Of a DNA stretch of 64,000 nt, positions 62,601-64,000 are shown in pieces. Position 1 is the stretch's first letter, and the number at the start of each line of letters is the position of its first letter. Both the position numbers and the translations under genes were made by a program. The DNA is from Paraphysomonas bandaiensis (taxonomy: Eukaryota > Protista > Chrysophyceae), in assembly GCA_965644295.1 (NCBI GenBank), contig CBFFRP010000066.1:124001-188000 (forward strand), given 5' to 3'. The notes under the pieces were generated by a model that saw only the letters and a list, made by a program, of their open reading frames with translations, had not been told where the DNA came from and did no database searches.

Positions 62601-64000
62601 AGGTGTAGGAGATAGCTTCACATTAAAGAGAGCAGTTGGATTAATGCTTCCTACTACGGACGACGACGACAAAATTGACCGGTTACGAAATCCACAACGC
62701 ATATTGTCCGCTCTAGGGTCACTTGTCTCGACGCTTGCGAGTAGTCCCGTCGCGCTACTCTCAGAGCGGCTCCGTAGAAAAGACAGCACTTTGTGCCGAC
62801 AGCGCATTAGATAAGGGTCAGTCATTCGAAGTGGAGTTAGTAGGTCTTCAAGGCATGTTCCGCCCCATGAGGCAGCAGCAAGATAGTACTTTTTCCCTAT
62901 CAGCACCTCGGCCACAGGAGACGGAGTGTCGATCGGGTTCACAGTCAGGCGGAGCACTCCGTCAGTTGTCACAAGTAAAGCAGACATCGTTAGTATTCGT
63001 TCTGCATCAGTAGCAGACGCCAGTAAATTACGGAACGGGAGCTCACAGGCTCCTTCATTTTTGGCGCTTTCTAATAGGGGGAGTAAATCATCTGCCTCAG
63101 CCAACATACGCGCGCCCATATAAACCTGTCCAATCGAAAGTAACTGGTTTAGTGCTGCATTTTGCTTAAAAGTTCGCACACCAGTCTCATCCTCACACCA
63201 CATATCTGGGCATGGTAAGAGTCGTACGAATACGTCTTCCACAACAGCCACGAGTAACCTACGAGCGGCCATAAATCCATTCTTATAGCGCAGAACTAGT
63301 TTGCGCACGATAGAACTAAGTTTCTGAATGGTCGACAATACGAACACAACACTCACTGTACCATCGGCACTCGGTTCTGGGGCTGGTAGGAGCAGGTCGA
63401 CGAAAGTGCTCTCCACTTTCTCAAGTTTTGTTATATCGGCACTCTCCTGTGATGTTGTCCCTCCTGTGAGAGTATCCGGTAATGGCTTGGTATCAGCCAA
63501 CATTTGCCACCGTGGAAACAGACATGCTCGTACAGGAGCAGTACCTGCAGTCTCCCCTGGATCATTTGGCAGCGCTTCCCGTTCTACTGGTGCCGCCTCT
63601 CTATCCTCCAGGACTTCAATAAGCTCTTCGATTACTTCCCTTGCGTTGAGTACAACATTAGAGGTAGTGTCCCCACCGCCATATATATCCACACAATACC
63701 GTGCTGTCAGTCGGCAAGCAGCACGCAGGGCAGTGCGGTCTCCCAGAGGAAGGGGAAAAGTCAATGGGAGGTCTTTCAGTTCCGCCAACGCAGTCTTAAG
63801 ATGACCAAGAAAGAGCGAAAGTTTGATGTGGTCACTCGTGAACGGCACACCTACACGTCTCAAGAGTAGACGAAACACTAGTTGTAAACCTTCCCATTCT
63901 GCACTCGCATTATCTCGATTGGAAACAGTTATCCAATCTGCAGGCTCCGCTTTGCTCGCACAATTGTTTTCGATATCTAAAACTCTTTCGTCGGTCAACT
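41601..64000 (-). CDS. Giant (>7465 aa, 5'-truncated) multidomain protein: CUB-like, UBA-like, FN3-like, RanBP2-type Zn finger, DUF3638/DUF3645 helicase-like core, EF-hand, 3 SPRY-like domains, RNI-like LRRs, ankyrin repeats, polycystin/TRP-type 6-TM cation channel
   Basis: 22.4-kb stop-free frame. Motifs: ESEHPY (~60800); WRCLNISC..C..C (~56400); ELIMGSGKT (~54290); IDECD (~53770); LAVPYQG..PSPSSEFSSPD (~53120); GFSGT; YDQVHTTGIDIK; QGAWRMR (~52160); DTDGNGIISLDEF (~49690); YFEV/GKWYLE/YYEIE and GDVIGC/GDIIGC SPRY motifs (~47400-49300); L..LDLS.CGI LRRs (~46000-46720); GWTLLSRAVYHGH ankyrins (~44030-44780); WNIFD, KFIKYL, FSSLLGE, ANIFI channel (~42230-43590). Confidence 0.9.
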   Translation of the reverse strand, partial: LTDERVLDIENNCASKAEPADWITVSNRDNASAEWEGLQLVFRLLLRRVGVPFTSDHIKLSLFLGHLKTALAELKDLPLTFPLPLGDRTALRAACRLTARYCVDIYGGGDTTSNVVLNAREVIEELIEVLEDREAAPVEREALPNDPGETAGTAPVRACLFPRWQMLADTKPLPDTLTGGTTSQESADITKLEKVESTFVDLLLPAPEPSADGTVSVVFVLSTIQKLSSIVRKLVLRYKNGFMAARRLLVAVVEDVFVRLLPCPDMWCEDETGVRTFKQNAALNQLLSIGQVYMGARMLAEADDLLPLLESAKNEGACELPFRNLLASATDAERILTMSALLVTTDGVLRLTVNPIDTPSPVAEVLIGKKYYLAAASWGGTCLEDLLTPLRMTDPYLMRCRHKVLSFLRSRSESSATGLLASVETSDPRADNMRCGFRNRSILSSSSVVGSINPTALFNVKLSPTPGDAREPALDFTFDVLQRINVNLDLNRPVQKALPFELPPDFSNALKIEKERESKEKDGGEETGGSKTKGSKDKKKEEYSPEHLQEIIGWWYCSSWERLKEFKYLRDIHTLCKVGMESRLTLLEWLGFFGDSVCLDNLSNANLDQFRDTITRMSNKIDSAFDLRFSVKLNKASKGKEKSSSNKEFSIRLERVEMDNAAGRVMFFSRSLFVRNFCDDGIKRVVGVVTEQRSESKLHEAYAAAEGSDEKELRLCDYVESNLVNEVTIMYSKPKSGELSLGSSGLPEADVETLLTFSCTPLVSIPLLLEFLDNGKVDIIASLDARTFIESILYESGPYSATPLQIREVPCSESLGTRYGALFEEIWKDPATIMSACVRISYSAAQLCSSLSFRNTLIDVMLFVITLDISVLSCSIRVGEFEIALDTEKEDVCLSWQNHIVQFLNGVALPLLRHWLIQAEQSSAFGVVVNFAAYIALCEGTLLEVAESKNEDMYDEATRMSISSFIACSCFTVQWLSKAASQDHLRLPSMKLFLIMQRQRSLIMTWCNDQESNGQIGRRNIIQILEAAQQFTLREKSFSASFLGQHDSSLWHSTSNNLYLTQRIVESEHPYPFDMQSMEKIEISDAPYLILVFDANSSLGKRKNAHLTIYSDKERTEVLQVINPGEEWPGADGAKPLVVKGSCVYLYFFSPGPPPEGRVASIDEEWGYRLYVRAPVSNRAVKALRDELNKSDGRKHYSTKICREALRECVNDIPEAKALLKSQRNGNTKYWVSANNTKSGDTFPGCYERSLDAKSIHLQTYEVFESSSSLTDLPNELWEHAKIYMEGATGGTQPPSSVVCDNKKVRVHRAVCARKSEVITYTIRVWLKPEEVPSREHFFAEKSKNLLKDLVSGVTDAISSAGRKFCDYGLHGIENLETLNHPQLDQNGNVLHLGKLYIKVRLDECDMISAWHGVVCAHMELFDELSPPQVWKIQSPMADDHHPQLLCWKCGTDFENSAFFEVYMAPSGVAHVYEIRRYAGRSYRFQVFASDARDSFAVLPLTNDINITVEKGTESKTFSPGIAFDIEPDSERQYEQGLIFGNLTIVDTEAKFREETWYRGGSNHTEVWRTRQLSRRNLGLRDASSISEITAEFVKENDTESLIPSFMLGSLLPQVLVNGYHFWRTGKNVIRGYALPPSMTEVWNEMNGSSSGGELSIPLRFKHSSSSNSVEQPVLNRNEERTQTHWWRGSEIYIRLFSDDDGGVNAVVERIPQSLIDNDYPDYDSSPTMQELRKKEQAAAQLVRRGILLDASFAEQNSALHYVRKLLECVQPLSGILFWTTADVSEAELRMSSNCSHRLPISFVEMPLLGLSFDVVQVSHGRGMRLRCVERSGYYVKSLSDIEPLQQQQIRNLTEGIQEFLLLEDEEGNMEVLIPSRKFLFQSLKGCPFHCGMMPLYAMERSEASCYYIYEVHSSGAYFIMTSLASRLYMIKLRMAAHRYEDASRLIDGLFFKSDTLESSEWTLVQEIGSAKHTRTANAVLCLLKFFWRVSENKVAFNHFRKVIRQIYMKYLTVRSQIDQTLLPSEYVENKIQEVLKTSSESLELPMDRLGSVFRARASNSVNIIKSMYLKVSLKNDMCEIRRGRSIIWKPHIDWKEEDITSTGITISWSVKNDECDTSVKNFWNRVIYFVTVCSAPKNIDKNSSVGFDDCPKHEIGQWLFVKSVQQVGVVSRIVRDTAGDFVEYEIRFPGISISVNGTLADARVNCVYVKQEKDLIPWDVVVNIHLGLKTRMASVKDLQSNTEYGIQLFAMTMEGIGSNVDFRTFRTKMSVPDERGCEAEADKTKLNDGKTTSTDEIRSQNDEVNDACAVQKGEDVSRSNVENDEEKEKINPENEKVNDGVDWQNPPDSSENILMAGTFHADTHMSKFMRYKRCMQAGDTISSPLFMGTDVRGLRAHQWAKNCIAFERWEIYPHPSLANTLLETYEILSGAVTWSLEPSSVQQKEVKGSQVTVGDRVEILPEELFVYNDRPDEYKSGVVLHIHDTGTCNIRQDDGRLLAQVPLSLVYMENCVDSTIPTWRCLNISCGKLNDIRSSSCRICYSHFPLHTSDRMTEIEKAVVAHRRWPWGQHCQDFDNEKLIGIDIRDDSFAFAYYSLMLRLFRCFNSAESEYAALCPSQFQSEIEALLIVVHILTEAANGKLSFLSAQHCSDAEKYLSELPVFPYNSDTAFLHAQGYFTFEHGIGSSFFDKLVYTCYEVVHTDLWTQISNTIFTVSSKKLFLCENGRPGSNYDANLLPFFRNEKQQSMVVCHELSCRSPLAEFMQQAKVLKRLSKTCQLLCTRSNESIPQSHTRDTQLEFDEMDKLIQGFLEREAERGGKDCTAYQILSDMKGHPLCQESEFDGSLYTLGLNGLDYAQMCDVLSSSSNYDESQWNLSWLFSVHDTVVDLEAAMCKKFVEYRTVTREAVLSVNAIDKVAGNALGENKSFYRLLQFAGFKRRVNVEDLIRGLLSSEMLEDLKRLNPTEHIRLQHTALTIAFGTVLSLHASRCIHSLRLLMKELMILQEDWLKLALVSDTAIDVLERYSSAGLLKQALFEARENQSSTSCLFQSAVAIARRYRDEAIQLDRVHSTGYDLTGGYSRISSLDILLQVYSFDVKFVSQRIIETNTSDVDIAGIACRGMCVDGIVVTVPSGISNLYDKDLYHQSLRKSLVSHFLLLQHLADGAANMVLAEHCVVTKYEDQSPSAKESVVINPQYLVFEVLTGFMLRDDQVKKIGELYDKCCSSHNQSAVHELIMGSGKTACIGPMLCLLLAKGERAVLQIVPDPLLEQTRSVLERVFSSVLIKQVFVMSFSRNTFDSGDSAPMLELKRKLLDAREAGHIILCSPSQVKKLLLKFIDFMTLLKDINPLVTLPPGMLPSHVRDKARDLVLFRVSPLVNKLTVMGSILDIFRAPDQSQPKGSGGVALIDECDMIFDPLKSELNFPIGDRVSVELESWRWQFAMALMSGLYAASSDKDYQPRFISQEQTSWVEDIQRIREVLWAGSQQHCVQMKPNILLLNKHWYMENLAVPIGKWALLWLTNESIMPLGRPYYDSNICNAIVEYVSGLRKNSIVPLLHGNNSERAEIVLQFARKWITVLMPHCLSKRHGIEYGLLQGKHLKSWKSRNMPAALNDSRLMLAVPYQGLETPSPSSEFSSPDVAIGLTCLAYHHEGLRLEDVKVLVAHMRYRMLNVDHGPYSVRPSRSRFETWKEDARSWCAIIDIENLLMKIPSLEHLQTTDDNTDTLKLLHKVIHMQLDAQWEYLDTYVFPRTMRIQKHKLQASGVDIGSPMLFASRIGFSGTPSNLLPLSLRDCEVQPGTRAKVIRTLINPRIVSCEPEPLSGSESSIQLLDCAGRGEFHALVDTGALITGFTNREIAYEILKRLPAERFTAVAYIDDSGTKRALMRGEDLSAPPKFLSDVHIPENQRFTFYDQVHTTGIDIKQAIDAVCLLTIGKGMTLRDLMQGAWRMRGIGKGQTIRYQMTREIVQLINRDLSICGDGDQVGLNPSPIDIVSWLVKTQMQVEDLQHLSLSIACVNNVWRRQALENLLHITRCTTQDTCSHVEPQQSLKVSDNMRFKLHTDVPLDGNVPFFSSPFVSLDTLKTMAEDCVDSKNSEGLQVRDGVEVDSNNMSASIQAISNLLDAPSTSVKIWLSQKVDELRDEKVVCPHCSQTVPDHSESCSTVSRLKKAEKVPKSYQCFKIYDSDGPIRSSIATLMRIKEEYPDAVVLGNWFKDITDFTAPDRFETMWFKDFCASCQSSGEEDDDKIGSYYDMLSYFRDASSRIAVFKDGKCMYPLSEGGLYASAVNAVDDVVTGTKSVGVEETWDIRGHDAAFCKKNVRVISLFKEEVSYPAGQGQSESLSVRLRAAIESYNDLWDERSYVFNIQCDSSGEWTAEKELNFYISALVVIEEKNRSSTSSGGGLDTEQEQEQEQEQEKEQDATAEEDKRIFVKNLYGDSISWEIEDMLSPSRRDSSFFYHLSRLTCYKPVAREPPCLLPNLPQSMLVSCNFGISDFHSHGDDIPHDSRAILRPVRCVVLVEANDFTDVVMVTLEEAQSLRYAMLNQSTFSLTSRLKLVTPSGFCFSGSASTRSNVSSVDGSFAKDLLLTRRGYREDGNHDDHRTSLFSMLQVLRLYNNELFFSPSEIWHLLQTLQSLDNLSEWVDQLLKSRPRLGMDGVKSLEGPIRRVLGVDSDLQSKDLIYRNLLTAATAIQSIREKLLESYQGSQSFFAKYKYFKSKFVEITGNTNFESDLRSEFAEKLIATVGADVPDIEGVVNSVVEMTDTDGNGIISLDEFMSAILEPTREEEAIYCREIILTEMKNERMPSTDTTTNKENREMWLLQARQKEASDGANEIAICSSTDSFSETDCELLPAHHVMSSFGNVAQPIIASGENLIVHTGIARCPASNFNRTTIIPNGVVLVPFNGSDKFYFEVAIVKSKGSLSVGWVDGMWNRAKDEQHICTISGHPALPGSDNVGSHIFSTSSVVYSVGDVIGCLADMTGRHARFYFNGVAVESLSGLKPLDWAFYISPVVIFEAGLEFDLNLGQCGFKFAPGLPGVRPVFATVVEFLRGIVSESTKHIGYHESSFLCFGPRVVAEEKEDKIELRQKNYTWKSNNVLLSECALFTGKWYLEIVFDGYRYWGEYDSGIGCVGPDYFPALDMSKNPATHPQGYILSPLTRSICHADKRAIFTEERQSWGKKRVRIHMRVDMDERRIDYFQRKKDGSLQYLTSFDSILLPMLRPIISIFGSHRVFVPKNVPDFVDGYENMVRQQNLIPQTKLRVVDDMKVKQNMIPTSGAPFVGIRNDGVITSHDGYISLVATFDGITWPCGVIYYEIEVIELGGEGRGRLNPTRNPNEGGQMTIGWATKKFRGESYSYRGVGDDRLSWGLRAADSRPWGRWANVSGDKTGPCFVHSGKPVPWESNGVPVPQHPPSSGRSIASGDIIGCSFDTDTGVCEYFLFRQKRILSKFEDESKRKRLLRFEDFKKNCGIDDTYEVIVPALDSSDTDAEKCYVKPFSIGRLIRCKLGGVLPAISLHPNCCVSVNLGERPFQIEKCELALQSQSTGEFVPLRNGTHLYSAIYASKFDAPDDIDMKGSSVAPARLQHGFSCTFKTADNTDVTDFWLHPSNVNIRNELKHRFIFSPPLPISYKLSLPDTTTIIGESAYWFPTPDSFSNRDKGSCCLELRGISLSSINADDMNCALKCYIGNPNMESNSVLEYSALRLHNAVGVDHISAAVKKIGSTLLEISICDVQAIKHSLLDLMQILTDCNICPELQLLHIENVHIVDEVGAGIGKFVSGSLPPHLFYLSMRSCNLNIDAIRMLTDILSYSQLRHLILSGNPGVQSAIAELADAISGSTSLTHLDLSDCGIRAAGALCLCESVMDCDQMAILNISGCQLGPTGIVPLARSVMSVHRSLTTLDISRNGIGQRGAKHIAHALQGNEVLLRLNISGNDLGPAGGHEIATGISNNFGLRELVIDDNDLNDKSAVEIGLAIVKQQSIRMLSCRDDSLSTAGEVALALGLRSVAIEFLFIGKADPLLHITSYASFQSFLAAPLSYAVRHCWVKLASYLASTRNEAASEVIMSDDEDDEDNGSISQGISIRVDDDDAVDALHILLSASDDLYPPKSRLALVECMIGHDGCSGLRTRSLRNVMWYTPDRSNSISSSHAEYLEDFWCCGCYRSPPRLTQSLDTPVHGWCRIESPDYTDFIGESNYEFNSYHELSWKAITERSYRYEEHGFWSVYWCPRMKRSFCADKRSESKERYFWLPHAHEVPPIVDHTCDDSTAIAVIEDEIRKIRKFAIQGLLYLEQEAVEWLAEMLRKRVSYVHSVGILKVMEQNKDKLMKRCSNLDAYDKSRMDALSVKIPTVFPNRPSACELGEAVCYLLFLVRYEYKSCKKSITYGGLPWLSRSTLFADEYRTVLQTALVSRQFNAAKLLLNRRAKCPLTLSETDSRNICTRKFPYLEAHEAPEQLHLDSNLRWAYLRSQDGIIRLWENPDLLHVQGRLKIGSRVGESSLYMAVSSGQSDIVERILARGASFDIGESLESLCSLLYTMCSVSSGSQVDVTKHALFVLSLVEKEWNKDKRALPLDIHPLYAAVEYGREFLVRSFLENAERMNSDFIANAVGHGNSIVSDIQWRTSAGWTLLSRAVYHGHYGIVLALLDAHADPLLCLPPEEYDTTHRPKSARICPAEVYQPEDTNGKNNFSSKWPNKNVSKVHPEQCSYASVPRPSEHMIGNSEAKGCRPIPNAHVMALLRVHRQQRLVNSLEDRESSYDVDELPLAHKKLKVCHDVLQSLNENESVAYDRCVWITKYAIKKSIFYAVFVIFFTISALFCSHISSSKFRFNELAAEKTMGNEFPLDEDAHAVKTFNDIGNEGDMWSFLGSTMIDNLYPDGFSDGWLDHHNRLIGGIRLLQSREESSCTGNVNDAWNDLAPDEGDADTERCYRLRSSSSSELSYEVVLPGDNSSAATAIIASLESEGWVDGATKAVRIEYVVGNVREDLLQLALLRIDFPGAGDTVPSSDFIVLPVSSVSKAGVADILVACVGAIFLLFLVEESYEMVEVSAKRYFMDRWNIFDLVVYILGIIWCCLICAARLSGRAELNEFTDSDKDESERFIDLWGVGLSYMWAEFVVSLALMGAFLKFIKYLQFLPLIGPDMLSLLSTLLSLRVLTFTIFLAFFIVALGIGVFVRFGGHAVEFASFGLSIFAIFSSLLGESYFEAMVGGNAEQFLVSDNGSGAKVTAVIFFVTVSFVGTLILANIFINVTGSVYDDAHESSLRNWTSSVDDLMIDHAWEVMRLNQREGMMDKVVRCIRACFGCISEREVKPTYIRPPENDWSSGSEACQLQKKLHICELKLKELLEFRLSMRVENDESPVTALLKSMNQVISKDTAQLKLKNFYWMLHEWKRERAKECELYKKEISEIKLRLHCLGVDIAHNARWWAAECEHTSSPLLLCDIATDEVTSWEQHPQRKRDGV

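Noticed and set aside
41801-63869. Numerous plus-strand and alternate-frame ORFs inside the giant gene
   Set aside because: Antisense or frame shadows of a long coding sequence
29700-64000. Functional Ca2+-signalling cluster (kinase, exchanger, channel)
   Set aside because: Eukaryotic gene adjacency with unrelated genes in between; no evidence of co-regulation

Overview
Eukaryotic genomic DNA, most likely from a flagellated stramenopile (ochrophyte/chrysophyte-like). This is inferred from short GT-AG introns of about 43-85 nt, an axonemal dynein p28 gene, a Sig/Ocm mastigoneme-type EGF gene and PT/PS-rich linkers. 1-13 kb: a tandem array of three genes for predicted surface proteins built from 42-aa LVIVD-type beta-propeller repeats with hypervariable loop positions. 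Two end in CUB-TM-tail; the third carries a 1-nt frameshift and is fused to a mastigoneme-like EGF gene. 13-40 kb: ordinary intron-containing genes (small TM protein, INCENP-like, prefoldin 5, DNALI1/p28, SLU7, hybrid histidine kinase, EF-hand Ca2+/cation exchanger, EEF1AKMT4-like methyltransferase), an ankyrin-like repeat gene, microsatellites and transposon relics. 41.6-64 kb: one uninterrupted minus-strand ORF of more than 7465 aa, open at the window edge. It fuses a DUF3638/DUF3645 helicase-like core, EF-hand, three SPRY-like domains, LRRs and ankyrins to a C-terminal polycystin/TRP-type channel. The two best candidates for an undescribed system are the variable LVIVD receptor array and the giant sensor-channel. 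All domain calls are by motif recognition only; no searches were run.
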